A stretch of 64,000 nucleotides of DNA from Spongiibacteraceae bacterium UBA5047 (GCA_002415025.1 DIBR01000014.1:4520-68519), one strand, 5' to 3'; shown: positions 9,989 through 20,369, counted from the first letter of the stretch. The notes: generated by a model from the letters alone, not told the origin. A program made the numbers and translations.

Positions 9989-10590
9989 TATTTACTCCCC
10001 TGAAGTTGTTCGAGCTGTTGCTGCATCGCCGCGGCGAGCATTTTGGATCCCGTCGCCTCGAGTTGCCTGCTCACGTGAATCTGATCACTTTCAGATCGAT
10101 TCTGACTGAGTTTGTACTTGCATTGCACTTCAGTGATATCGATCTCAAGCCCTACAATGGCATCCAGAAGTGTCGCGCGGTAATCAGGCTGCCAAGGAGG
10201 GGTTAATGCTGCTTCATATTTCATCGTGAGCTTGTCCAGCAAAGCCGCCAGTTCCTTGCTAGCCGATATTAACCGGCAGTTTCCATAGAGATGAACGGCC
10301 TGATAATTCCAGGTGGGAACACCCGGCGTTTCATACCACGAGGGAGAAACATAATCGTGCGAACCTTGCAGGGTCACCAGAACTTCTTGCCCTGCAATTT
10401 CTGATACCTGTGGGTTTTGTTTCGCCAAATGACAGAACAAACGGGTTTTGCAATCCGACAACAGAAAAGGAAGATGGGAGGAAAACAATCGTCCGCCAAC
10501 CATCGAGAGCAATTGGCCGAAACCATTGTTATCAATAAATGCGTGAATTTCTGCTTCGTCAGTAATAGAGAATTGACGGGGTATATACAT
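9988..10590 (-). CDS. PaiB-like FMN-binding protein
   Basis: MYIP..F, HLAKQNPQ, YVSPSWY, VPTWNY, KLSQNRS. Confidence 0.92.
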   Translation of the reverse strand: MYIPRQFSITDEAEIHAFIDNNGFGQLLSMVGGRLFSSHLPFLLSDCKTRLFCHLAKQNPQVSEIAGQEVLVTLQGSHDYVSPSWYETPGVPTWNYQAVHLYGNCRLISASKELAALLDKLTMKYEAALTPPWQPDYRATLLDAIVGLEIDITEVQCKYKLSQNRSESDQIHVSRQLEATGSKMLAAAMQQQLEQLQGSK

Positions 10591-10630
10591 AAAATAACCT
10601 GAGAATCATGACACCGGGCAGCCTACGGCA

Positions 10631-11869
10631 TTACGACTGTGCGGACGAAAGAAAAGCCAGAGCCTCCTCAAGTGGCATCGGCTTGGCGATGTAGTAACCC
10701 TGAGCCTTATCGATACCGAGCGATTCCAGAACTTTAAGCTCGGCTTCGGTCTCGACCCCTTCGGCCACGACTACGCTTTCCTTGACGTCGGCAAACGCTT
10801 TCAGCGCTGCCGCCAACGCGCGGCGTGGCCTATCTTTATGAATATTGCGAATCAAGCTGAGGTCCAGCTTAATAATATCCACATCGATCTCGAGAATATG
10901 CTGGAAGCTAGCGTGCCCTGCTCCCGCATCATCAATGGCCAGGCGAACCCCGGACGCGCGCAACTGTGCCAGTGCTGAACGAAGTACTTCATAATCTTCA
11001 ATACGCGCGCGCTCAGTCACCTCCAGAACAACACGAGCAGAATCATAGTCAGCAAGCACTTCAGCCGCTGAACCGTTAGCAATATTGTCAGGCGCTATAT
11101 TGACCGTAATGTAGCAGTCCTCGGGGAGATGCTTTAGCCCCTTAAGCGCCTGCTGCACTGCAAGCATCTCCAACTCTCGGCTCAAACCAACCTGCGCCGC
11201 CTCATCAAACCATACATCCGGAGTGCGATAGGGCTCTGTTCGAAAACGCGACAATGCCTCGAAACCGACTACCTTCTGCAGCCTGATATGATAGATGGGC
11301 TGATAGACAATCTCGAGCGCGTGTGTATCCAGCACAGATTTAACACGCTCGTACACTTCAATCGTTGTGCGGTTGTATTCCAGATGACGCTCAATCTGCT
11401 TGCCTGCAAATGCCGCAAATACGTTAAGCAATGATAAATCCCGCTGCCTGACGGTTTGGTCGGGGCGATGCGAATAACAACACAAAGTGCCGTACACAGT
11501 ACCGTCGGGGAGGCAGACGGGCACACCAAGATAAGTGTATATATTGAGACGCTCGGTAATGGGCATTTTACTTGTCGCCGGATGAACCGAAGCATCTTCA
11601 ATAAAACCCGGCAATTCACCATCTACAATTTTTCGGCAATAGGTTTCATCTGCGGGGTCACTGCTATCTGGCTTGAGCAAGGTCTGGCTAACTTTTGAAT
11701 CAACATAGCGAACAACGCGATTATCATTATCAAACTCGGAAATAAATGCTATATCCATATCCAGGTGGCTTCGGATAATGTGCAGGTTATCCTGCAGATT
11801 AGCGACCGACGACTCATCGATGTCGGCTATGTGATTCAGTAGAAATTCACCTGCGGCAACTTCGGCCAT
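10631..11869 (-). CDS. GAF-EAL c-di-GMP phosphodiesterase
   Basis: N-terminal GAF (YLGVP...YGTLCC); YQPI, FEALSR, AIDDAGAG, AEGVET, QGYY. Confidence 0.9.
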   Translation of the reverse strand: MAEVAAGEFLLNHIADIDESSVANLQDNLHIIRSHLDMDIAFISEFDNDNRVVRYVDSKVSQTLLKPDSSDPADETYCRKIVDGELPGFIEDASVHPATSKMPITERLNIYTYLGVPVCLPDGTVYGTLCCYSHRPDQTVRQRDLSLLNVFAAFAGKQIERHLEYNRTTIEVYERVKSVLDTHALEIVYQPIYHIRLQKVVGFEALSRFRTEPYRTPDVWFDEAAQVGLSRELEMLAVQQALKGLKHLPEDCYITVNIAPDNIANGSAAEVLADYDSARVVLEVTERARIEDYEVLRSALAQLRASGVRLAIDDAGAGHASFQHILEIDVDIIKLDLSLIRNIHKDRPRRALAAALKAFADVKESVVVAEGVETEAELKVLESLGIDKAQGYYIAKPMPLEEALAFLSSAQS

Positions 11870-12206
11870 ATCGCTATCTCCATTCGGTTTCAGAGTATTG
11901 TCTTCGGTAACACTAGCATATCAGTTTTTGCGATGGCCCGAATAAGGCCGCACCCGCGCGCCAAAATAGAACGTGCGTGCCTACTCACCGCATCGTGGCT
12001 CTTCCCTTGCTCCGTCAGCACCATTTCTGTTTCGCAGCGCAGGCCAGTCACCCTGCCATTCTCGCCCCCTTTCAATGGCAACCGGCACATACTCATCGGC
12101 TAACCTCACAATAGGGATTTTGCCAGCAAAATCGCGTATAAGTAGAGACTGCGTCAGGACAACGTTTACCAGGCCTGCGAGCCGATAATAATAAGCGGGA
12201 GAACAC

Positions 12207-13877
12207 ATGGAATTCACACATAGCACCATCATGGACTACATGCACCGATGGTTGCAGGAGACCCCCGACCGTGTATGGCTGAGAGACCGCAAGGGCGATG
12301 ACTTCACCGAATGGACCTGGCAGAGCGCTTACGACGAGTTTGAGGCCGTGGCCGCCTGGCTGGAGGAAGAATACGGCGACACGGGCACCAACATAGGGCT
12401 CCTTTCAAAAAACTGCGCGCACTGGATGCTGGCCGACATGGCCATACTCGCATCGGGCAATGTGTCTATTCCCCTCTTTACCACCCAGAATGCCGAGATC
12501 AGCGAGTACATCCTGAATTTCGCCGAAGTGAAATTACTGGTGCTGGGCCGCGCCGAAAACTGGCAGAGCATACAAGCGGTGCTGCCTGCCGATACACGGG
12601 TACTGTTGCTGCCGGGGGCAGACCCCGAGGCAGGCGCAGGGACCAATGCCTTGCGCTGGGAAGACATAGCGGCCCGCTACCGTGGACAACGCGCGCAGCA
12701 TCAATGCCGCCCCGACGAGATATTCACCATCCCCTTCACCTCTGGCACCACCGGCATGCCCAAGGGGGTGATGCAATCCCACGACTCCATGACGATTCCG
12801 GTCGAACGCGCAAAAGAGGCCTTTGGCATCAGGCCCAATCCCCGCTTACTGTCTTACCTGCCCTTGTCACATATTGCCGAGCGGCAGATTATCTGGGTGC
12901 AGAGCTTATTTAGTTGCGGCACCGTTACCTTTAACGAAGATCTCAGCACCCTGATTCGTGATATGGCGGATACCGCACCCAATATGTTCTTCGGAGCACC
13001 ACGGGTGTGGGAAATGATACATCAGGGCGTGATCGCGAAACTTGGCTCCCAAGATGTACTGGACAAAATGCTGGCAGACGACCGGGAAGGCACCCAGAAC
13101 CTTATCAGAGCGGGCCTGGGACTAAACGATTACGACTTTCTGTTAACCGCCGCCGCACCCATTCCCGCTTCCCTGATTCGCTGGTACGACAGCCTCGGGA
13201 TTACGCTGTGTGAAGGCTTTGGCCAGACCGAGGCCATGGGTCTGGTGGTCAACACCCCGGACGACCGCCGTATCGGCTCTATCGGCAGGCCGGTGGCGGG
13301 CGTGGAGGTCAAGCTCTCGGAGGAAGGCGAACTGCTGTGTAAAGCCGCAGCCTTGTCACCCGGATACTACAAACAAGGCGACAAAACAGCGGAAACCTTT
13401 GTAGACGGCTGGGTGAAAACCGGCGACAAGGCGCGCATTGATGACGACGGCTATATTTATATCACCGGGCGGGTCAAAGACTATTTCAAAACCCTGCAGG
13501 GCAAGTTTGTTGCACCGCCACCTATTGAAGACGCGTTTGCAGCCAGTGCAGATGTGGAACAGCTTTGCCTGCTGGGGCGCGGCTATTCAAAAACCGTCAT
13601 GGTGTGCGTGCTATCTCCGGCGGCTAAAAGCACTCCGAAGGCAAGCATAGAAACGTCCCTGCTAACGCAGGCCGAGACCGTGAACAAGACACTTGATAAA
13701 CATGCCCGCATCGGCGCGGTGATTGTTTCGCAAGAGCCGTGGACAATAGAAAACGGCATGCTCACGCCAACATTGAAATTAAAACGAGACCAGATAGAAG
13801 CAAAATTTGGCGAGCGAGCTCAACAATTGGCACACGAATCGGCCGAGAAACGATCGCTGCTGATTGACTGGATGTGA
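12207..13877 (+). CDS. Long-chain acyl-CoA synthetase (AMP-binding)
   Basis: FTSGTTGMPKG, YLPLSHIAER, GFGQTE, TGD, GRVKD, LTPTLKLKR. Confidence 0.93.
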   Translation: MEFTHSTIMDYMHRWLQETPDRVWLRDRKGDDFTEWTWQSAYDEFEAVAAWLEEEYGDTGTNIGLLSKNCAHWMLADMAILASGNVSIPLFTTQNAEISEYILNFAEVKLLVLGRAENWQSIQAVLPADTRVLLLPGADPEAGAGTNALRWEDIAARYRGQRAQHQCRPDEIFTIPFTSGTTGMPKGVMQSHDSMTIPVERAKEAFGIRPNPRLLSYLPLSHIAERQIIWVQSLFSCGTVTFNEDLSTLIRDMADTAPNMFFGAPRVWEMIHQGVIAKLGSQDVLDKMLADDREGTQNLIRAGLGLNDYDFLLTAAAPIPASLIRWYDSLGITLCEGFGQTEAMGLVVNTPDDRRIGSIGRPVAGVEVKLSEEGELLCKAAALSPGYYKQGDKTAETFVDGWVKTGDKARIDDDGYIYITGRVKDYFKTLQGKFVAPPPIEDAFAASADVEQLCLLGRGYSKTVMVCVLSPAAKSTPKASIETSLLTQAETVNKTLDKHARIGAVIVSQEPWTIENGMLTPTLKLKRDQIEAKFGERAQQLAHESAEKRSLLIDWM

Positions 13878-13925
13878 ATCGGCTACCAGTATAGTGGCAC
13901 AAGCACTTGGCAAGCGGAGAAAGAG

Positions 13926-14495
13926 ATGAAAGCACAATTTAGCAACTTTGCCGACAGCACCCAGGAAGATGTGCAGATAATAGCGGGCGAGCAAGTGACC
14001 TTTATGTCCAACTTGCCGGAGCGCATTCTCCAGCATATGCAATTGCTTGCGGGTGATTTCGGCGGCTTTCCGGTAGACCGCTTGCAGCATTGTTTACAAA
14101 CTGCCGAACGGGCTGCCGAAGCGGGCGAAGATGACGAATACGTGGTCTGCGCCCTGCTGCATGATATCGGTGATACGCTGGGCAGCTACAACCACGCCGA
14201 TGTCGCGGCCGCCATACTGCTACCCTTCGTATCAGAAGCCAATCACTGGATGCTCAAGCACCACGCTATCTTTCAGGGCTACAACTTTTTTCATCACCTG
14301 GGGCTGGATAGAAATATGCGCGACCAGTTCAGAGAGTCTGAACACTTTGAACGAACCGCGCGTTTTATCGAGAAATACGACAGCCCGGCATTCGATCAAT
14401 CCAAACCGGCACTGTCACTTGAGTTATTTGCGCCGCTGGTGCGCAAGGTCATGGCTGAGCCAAAGCAAAGTCTCTACAAAGCGATATTGGAATAG
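13926..14495 (+). CDS. HD-domain metalloprotein (PhnZ/MIOX-like His pattern)
   Basis: HCLQTA, LLHDIGD, NHAD, KHH, KYD. Confidence 0.8.
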   Translation: MKAQFSNFADSTQEDVQIIAGEQVTFMSNLPERILQHMQLLAGDFGGFPVDRLQHCLQTAERAAEAGEDDEYVVCALLHDIGDTLGSYNHADVAAAILLPFVSEANHWMLKHHAIFQGYNFFHHLGLDRNMRDQFRESEHFERTARFIEKYDSPAFDQSKPALSLELFAPLVRKVMAEPKQSLYKAILE

Positions 14496-14562
14496 GCAAT
14501 TCACGGGGCGGTGCGATTGCGGCAACCCGGCAGATTACAACCGCAGGTAACAATGCCCCGAA

Positions 14563-15810
14563 TTACATTTCATCCGGCACTCCATAAGCCGCCTGATAGC
14601 GCCGAAACAGCGGCCGATCTTTCGCCCGTTCGCCGTCCACCTGGTAACTGTGTTTCCCGAACTTTCCTTTTGGCTTAGCGGCCAGATAGGCCTGCATTTT
14701 CGATTTCGCCCTGTCGGACAACTGCATGGAAAAGTGCTCATAGATGCCTTCGATACAGGCCATCGGATCATCCATCAAATCCTGATAGCGCGAATCGGCA
14801 ATATTGGCTTCGGGTACAATGCCCTGCTCTCTTTGGTTCATTACATGCTCAAGGCGCTGGGCCGTGGCCTCGCCCATGATGATGTTTTCAAACATCTCGG
14901 CATTGAACGGCTGATCGCTGCGCATGTAGTAAAGCGTACCCATCAGGCTGGTGGTCGAGGCCATGCATTTAATCGGGTCGCGGTGGGTTTGCACAATGCA
15001 GGCGTCGGGGTAGACCTTCAGCAGCGTATCGAGGTGTACCTGATGCTCGGGAGCTTTGAGCAACCAGCGCTTGCGCGGATTTTTCCACTGCAGGATTTTG
15101 AGAATGGTCTTGTGATATTCGTATACCGGTAGAAAGTCTGCCTGCGCCAACCACGCACTGTAGCTGTGCGTGTGATGCAGTGAGGCATTGTGGTCACTGA
15201 TAAAGGTGCTGGCCATTAACAAACCGCACTCGGCGGGAATGTCGCCACGCATTTCGTGCATGCTGGCAAATTCCGGCGCTACCCTGCTCCACTGGGTAAA
15301 GAGTTTGTCGGCCTGCTCAATGCGCGGGTCGCTATGGTAGGTGTTGGCTTCCGGCGGCGGACAGGGTTGCAAGGCTTCCCATATCAGCGGCACGCCGACA
15401 TCCGGGTCCTGAGCCAGCAATTCAAACAAAATGGAGGTGCCAGAGCGCGGCAGGCCGACAATGACCATGGGCGCGACAATACGCTCGTCCAGAATTTCCG
15501 GGTGTTGTTTCAGGGTTTCGATAACGTTTAGACGCGTACTGAGCCAGAGAATAATATCGCTGCGCGCCATCAGGCGGCCCATCAAGGTGAGTTGCGCCTC
15601 GTCTTCCAGCGATTTTACATACACGGAAAAAGGCTCGCGCCACAGCGCATCACCAAAATCAGTTAGGCCTGTGCTGCGACAGGCGTGTTCGATCAGGGAC
15701 TGCTCATCCAGCGGCACCACGGCGGGCAGGTTAAGGTAGCTGCCCTCGCGGTTAATCTGCGCCAGCCACTCGGGGTGATCTGGCGCTGTCCAAAGCGGAG
15801 TATTACTCAT
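14563..15810 (-). CDS. PAPS-dependent sulfotransferase (mycobacterial Stf-like)
   Basis: 5'-PSB GLPRSGTS, WLLKAPEH, 3'-PB THRDP....S. Confidence 0.92.
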   Translation of the reverse strand: MSNTPLWTAPDHPEWLAQINREGSYLNLPAVVPLDEQSLIEHACRSTGLTDFGDALWREPFSVYVKSLEDEAQLTLMGRLMARSDIILWLSTRLNVIETLKQHPEILDERIVAPMVIVGLPRSGTSILFELLAQDPDVGVPLIWEALQPCPPPEANTYHSDPRIEQADKLFTQWSRVAPEFASMHEMRGDIPAECGLLMASTFISDHNASLHHTHSYSAWLAQADFLPVYEYHKTILKILQWKNPRKRWLLKAPEHQVHLDTLLKVYPDACIVQTHRDPIKCMASTTSLMGTLYYMRSDQPFNAEMFENIIMGEATAQRLEHVMNQREQGIVPEANIADSRYQDLMDDPMACIEGIYEHFSMQLSDRAKSKMQAYLAAKPKGKFGKHSYQVDGERAKDRPLFRRYQAAYGVPDEM

Positions 15811-15851
15811 GCTGCCGTTTTGCGGCGATCCGCGCTTTCATCGGCATCAGT

Positions 15852-16949
15852 TCACGCCTCGGTGAACAGGTCGGCTTCAAAGTCGCGCAGGCGTTCATCG
15901 GGCGCAGGAAAGTCCTTGATATGCAGTACGCCGTTAAGCTCTTTGTGATACTCCCCTGCCTTCTCCGCCAGGTCGTAAAATTGCTTGTACCAGCGCCGCC
16001 CCTTGCTGAAGGGTCCATCTTTGGGTTGCTGCAATATACGAACGGCCGACCCCTTGTTCTGCCAGATGCTGAAGTCCGACGAAAAGGCGTCGAGCGCACC
16101 GGCCTGGATCTGTCGCGCCATTTCAATGTCTTCGTCTGTGGGCGTGTCACCCTTGGCCTGGGCCAGTGCCGCATGCCATACCTTGACCTTGCCGTCATCA
16201 ATGGGGGTGTTGGCGATCAGCTCGTAGGTAACAACATCGCCGAAGGATTGCTTCGACAACAACAGGCCGGGACCGGTGTACCACGTGGAGGAAATTAACA
16301 AGGCGCCGTAGCCGGCGTGCACGCCACCCTGGCGCTGTATATAAACATGATCGCGAAATTCGTTCTCAAAAAACTCACAGGGCGCGCCGTGGGTAGGCCC
16401 AAGGTGTTGGGCGTCAGCCATGTTGTCGAGAATTTCGATCGGATGAAGATTCAGCTCGCCCAGATGATCAAGTTCCCAACGCACCCAGGAAGGGTCATCC
16501 CATTCCTTAAGTTTGGGTGCCGGGTAGGCAGGCGGTTTGCCCTCGGGGTCATACCACACCATCACGCAACCCATCACGTCTTCCACATGATGACAGCCGA
16601 GCTTGGCCGAGCGCGGAAAGGGGCCGCCGTCGTGGTAGGGAATATCGTCGCACTGGCCATCCGGGCCAAAACGCCAGCCGTGGTAGGGGCAGCGGATAGA
16701 ATCCCCTTCTATCTGCTTGCCTTCCTTCACAATGGTCGCACTGTCACTGGCAGTGAGATGAGTTTGCATATGCGGGCAGTAGGCGTCGAGCATGACCGGC
16801 CGGCCACTCTCACCGCGATAGAGGGCAAAGTCCTGCCCGAAAAAGCGTACAGCCATCGGGCCACGATCCAGCTCACTGCTCTCGGCAACGATAAACCAGC
16901 CGCGTGGATAGGTATGCGGACCGAGTCCGTAGTCTTTTGCCTGTGCCAT
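15852..16949 (-). CDS. kshA: Rieske oxygenase, 3-ketosteroid 9-alpha-hydroxylase (KshA)-like
   Basis: YPRGWF; Rieske CPH...CPYHGW; mononuclear Fe motif DNMADAQH....H; KshA-type C-terminus D..IW.NK and DGP....RRWY.QFY. Confidence 0.82.
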   Translation of the reverse strand: MAQAKDYGLGPHTYPRGWFIVAESSELDRGPMAVRFFGQDFALYRGESGRPVMLDAYCPHMQTHLTASDSATIVKEGKQIEGDSIRCPYHGWRFGPDGQCDDIPYHDGGPFPRSAKLGCHHVEDVMGCVMVWYDPEGKPPAYPAPKLKEWDDPSWVRWELDHLGELNLHPIEILDNMADAQHLGPTHGAPCEFFENEFRDHVYIQRQGGVHAGYGALLISSTWYTGPGLLLSKQSFGDVVTYELIANTPIDDGKVKVWHAALAQAKGDTPTDEDIEMARQIQAGALDAFSSDFSIWQNKGSAVRILQQPKDGPFSKGRRWYKQFYDLAEKAGEYHKELNGVLHIKDFPAPDERLRDFEADLFTEA

Positions 16950-17006
16950 GGTATTCCTCCTGTTACTAATTCACATTCTATTCTGCGCTGACAAGCGGGG
17001 CTAGGC

Positions 17007-18188
17007 TCAATAACCAAAGCGCTTGATGACACCAAGCCGCCGCTCGCGTAGTTGCTGTTGCCGTTCTTCAGACGATACTGTTTTTATCGCCGCTGGCAAA
17101 TGTTGTTTCAGTTCTGTCAGTTTAACTTTTTGGCATTGGGGCCGGGGATAATGATCTGCACCCACCCAACGCACGGTAATGTAGCCCTGCGGGTAGCCCG
17201 AGCAATCCAGCCAGTTGGCAACACCCGGATCACTGTGGGACAGCACTAGTATCAGTTCGCCGTCATCCTGCAGCGTTGCGTGGTGGCAGTTGGTACTGCA
17301 CAGGCGGTAGCGATAATCCATGGTCTCCCACCAGTAGTTGCCAAACTCCACCGCCCAATAATCTGCCTGTGGTGGCGTAACGCGCACAATCATGGCCTGA
17401 TCGGTCTGCAATTCCCAATAGGCAATCAACGGCAGGCCGCCGGGAGTTGCGTCTATCGTATTTTTATCCCATTCACCGTAGGCATAAAAGGCATTGGGGC
17501 GCGCCTGCCACTTGTCAATCTGTTCGGTCCAGTAAGACGTTGACCAGCGCAACCAATGCGCGGCCTTTTGCAGTCGTTCGCCGATCAGCGTGGAAGACGG
17601 TGGTTCGGGGGGCGCAGTATGTGTCAAGCATTCAATCGTAGCCTGCATGGGGGTTTCATTTAGCCAGTCGGCAAAAAACTGGCGAAAGGTAATGCGATAG
17701 CTGTCTGGCGTGGTCTGAATCCAGTTGGCGCTGTTTGATGCCGGTTGCGGGTTCGGACTTAGTATCAGTTCAAAATTGCCCGACTCATCAATAACAAGGT
17801 CTTTGCCAAACAGGCTGGCTATTACTTTACCGCCCCAGGGCGTATCACCGTTTTCCAGAGCAGTAATAGCCAAAAACCGGGCGCTGCCGAGCTGGCCGTG
17901 AATCCGGTAAGTATCGCTACCGTTAATGGGTGCGCCGACGTAGAGCGCATCGGTGTTGTCGCCGCCCTGCTTTCTCAAGGGGTCAAAATAATGCAGTAGT
18001 TCCGGGTGCCTGGGGTCACAATTTTCCAACTCGAACTGCAGGCCCAGGGCAATGTTCCGAGACAGCAGGCGCAAGCCGGTCGCACGGGTGGCGTCGTCTT
18101 TGGGGGTCGTATCGCGAAACAGAATGTCGCCGGCTTCATAGAGCTGGTCGCAAAACTGCCGCCAGTCATCTTTTATGTGCGCGTCCAC
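17007..18188 (-). CDS. DUF1214-like protein resembling mycobacterial sulfotransferase-adjacent hypotheticals
   Basis: GGDNTDALY, YRIHG..G, RQFFADW, YWWETMDY, DPGVANWLD..G...G....RW; GTG start with RBS at 18188. Confidence 0.75.
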   Translation of the reverse strand: MDAHIKDDWRQFCDQLYEAGDILFRDTTPKDDATRATGLRLLSRNIALGLQFELENCDPRHPELLHYFDPLRKQGGDNTDALYVGAPINGSDTYRIHGQLGSARFLAITALENGDTPWGGKVIASLFGKDLVIDESGNFELILSPNPQPASNSANWIQTTPDSYRITFRQFFADWLNETPMQATIECLTHTAPPEPPSSTLIGERLQKAAHWLRWSTSYWTEQIDKWQARPNAFYAYGEWDKNTIDATPGGLPLIAYWELQTDQAMIVRVTPPQADYWAVEFGNYWWETMDYRYRLCSTNCHHATLQDDGELILVLSHSDPGVANWLDCSGYPQGYITVRWVGADHYPRPQCQKVKLTELKQHLPAAIKTVSSEERQQQLRERRLGVIKRFGY

Positions 18189-18277
18189 TTGTGCCCCTTT
18201 GGAAACGGTGAGTATGTCAACATAACCGCTGCTAACAGGCTCTACATTACCCCCTGTATTTCTCAGGAAGCATCGTC

Positions 18278-18658
18278 CTATCGTAGTATAGGGACATCCA
18301 GAGGCAGCGTTTTGCGCCCCATATCGGTACTGCAAAAGCTGTCGGGGTACTTCAAGCCCCAACCCAGCGCGCGATCAAAGCCGATATGCGCCGCCCAAAT
18401 CAGGGCGCATTGCAGCGCCAACGATCCTCCGCCAAACAGTGCATAACCGCCCAGCGCTAGCGGCAATAGCAGGCAGTGCGCGGTGTTGTAGGCTATGGCG
18501 CCAATACGCGGGCTTTTGAAATAGGCCAGGATGGATAGATCGGGCAGAAAAAAGCAGTAGGCAAAGGTTACAGCGGAATACCCTTGCGAAATATAGACGA
18601 AAATGCAGAAAGCCAAAATGGCTGCCGCTTCCAGCCGGCGCTGTGTGATTGGCGTCAT
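18278..18658 (-). CDS. DUF4260 membrane protein
   Basis: RLE, LPDLS..Y, GA.AYN.AH, HIGFDRALG.GLKY. Confidence 0.88.
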   Translation of the reverse strand: MTPITQRRLEAAAILAFCIFVYISQGYSAVTFAYCFFLPDLSILAYFKSPRIGAIAYNTAHCLLLPLALGGYALFGGGSLALQCALIWAAHIGFDRALGWGLKYPDSFCSTDMGRKTLPLDVPILR

Positions 18659-18723
18659 ACGGTCTGTTCCTTTTGACATTGCCCGCCGCGAGCTACGGCG
18701 GAGCAAGTTCAATTGTACGGGAA

Positions 18724-20343
18724 TCAGTCAGCAAAGTTGCCGGTGTCAAAGCGCTTCACACCGAAGAACCCGCCCAGCAGCAAATCGCCGTCAGCAAGCA
18801 GGGTTGTAATGCCGCCCCAGGTATTCCAGCGCACACTGTCGTCCGGAAATTCCCACCGGGCTACCGTTTTGCCGGTGTCCCACTCCACCGCCTGGTATTC
18901 ATAAACGCCATTTTGTTTGTGAGCGATATAGGCCAGGCCATTGACCAGCGAAATAGCCGGTGGCATCCAGTCCGTATTATCAATATCGGCGCGCAGCCAT
19001 TGCTGTTCAAAGCGGTCTTCTTGCGGATTCCATTGAAATTTTTCCAGACCGCGCGGCGGCTCGCGGGTAATACCCGCCGTCAAACCGTTACCCAGCAGAT
19101 CGCGTGGAATAATGGTGGGTTGCGGGTAACTGGAATTCACCACCGCAACACCGTAGCCATAGACCGCTGGCGAGGCTTCAATGGTGGTTTTACTGATTGC
19201 GATAGTGATCTGATCGGCAATTCTGCGCGACGAGGTGCCCGCCTTTTGTGCAAAATCGTCGGGAATGGCATCGCGCCAGAATGCGACCAGTTGGGTGCCC
19301 TCAGCACGACCGTCAGAAATCACCACTAGATGATCTTCGTCGTCGCCAAAGCCCATCAGGGTTGGCGTAGTACCGGAACCGTGCGAGGCAGCGCCGGTTC
19401 TCCAGGCCTCCCCTTCGGGCATCACCTCGTAGGCACTTGACCATGCTCCCAGCGACTCATCATCAGACAGCTTTTCTCCCGTCCATACCAGGTGATGCAT
19501 GCGTTTGGAGGTCACCAGATAGATTCCGCGTTCGTCCACGGCAACGGAGTTTTCAACATGCTCCCCGGGAAAGAGTTTGTAGTCGACCAGATTCAATTCC
19601 CGGTCTACAACAAACAGCGCGCCGGTGGCCGCCGCCACTATATGACCGTCGTAAGTCAGGTTTAAACCCAGAATGGTTTTTACCTGCGCAGCAACGTCTT
19701 TGGGTAATTGGTCGCGCAAGTCGGTATGTTTAACCGGGCGCATGGGTTCGTTGCGAATATTGCCATCAAAGGACTTCACCAATTGCAGGCGATCAAAGGA
19801 GGCGTAGTGATAGCCGTCTTTGTCGATCATGCCATAGGCACCGGAGCTGGCCGTAGTCACATTCATCTTCAATTTTATGTAAGCCCACCAGGCATTGAAC
19901 AGCAGCCGCCAGTCATTTTTTGCGCGACGGTGTTTGTCGATAGCGCTGCGTACTTCATCAATTTTTTCAGGGGTAATGGCAGCGTTGATATCATCCCAGC
20001 CGGGGTAAGCCACATTGGAAATCTGGTCGAACGCTCCATCGGTCGCATCAATTTTGATAATACCGTGCGGGTTGGCCGCAATCACTGCGGTGTAGCCGTT
20101 GATGGTTTTCACCGTAGGGGCCGAGCACCACACCAGTGGCACATGGAATGACTCTTCCAGCGACAGCTTTTTACCTACTGTCGGGCCTGGCGCAATGGAG
20201 ACATCGTTCTGCGCGGGGTTGTGATGTGAAATCGGATAAACGCTTTCATTCAGCCAGGGGTTGCGCCGGGGTTGCTCGGGCACGTTGCTCGCCAATCCGG
20301 GTAGCGCCAGCGTTAGTAGCAGCGTTATTACAATACGTTTCAT
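18724..20343 (-). CDS. Uncharacterised exported protein, probably beta-propeller; paralog of 22808-24409
   Basis: Signal peptide; motifs shared with 22808-24409: NPWL, WTG..LS..E..GAW, G.G.TP.LMGFG, FWR.AIP, SRRIA, KF.WNP. Confidence 0.8.
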   Translation of the reverse strand: MKRIVITLLLTLALPGLASNVPEQPRRNPWLNESVYPISHHNPAQNDVSIAPGPTVGKKLSLEESFHVPLVWCSAPTVKTINGYTAVIAANPHGIIKIDATDGAFDQISNVAYPGWDDINAAITPEKIDEVRSAIDKHRRAKNDWRLLFNAWWAYIKLKMNVTTASSGAYGMIDKDGYHYASFDRLQLVKSFDGNIRNEPMRPVKHTDLRDQLPKDVAAQVKTILGLNLTYDGHIVAAATGALFVVDRELNLVDYKLFPGEHVENSVAVDERGIYLVTSKRMHHLVWTGEKLSDDESLGAWSSAYEVMPEGEAWRTGAASHGSGTTPTLMGFGDDEDHLVVISDGRAEGTQLVAFWRDAIPDDFAQKAGTSSRRIADQITIAISKTTIEASPAVYGYGVAVVNSSYPQPTIIPRDLLGNGLTAGITREPPRGLEKFQWNPQEDRFEQQWLRADIDNTDWMPPAISLVNGLAYIAHKQNGVYEYQAVEWDTGKTVARWEFPDDSVRWNTWGGITTLLADGDLLLGGFFGVKRFDTGNFAD

Positions 20344-20369
20344 GATCAGTGGGTTTCCTGAAGGTCGTG

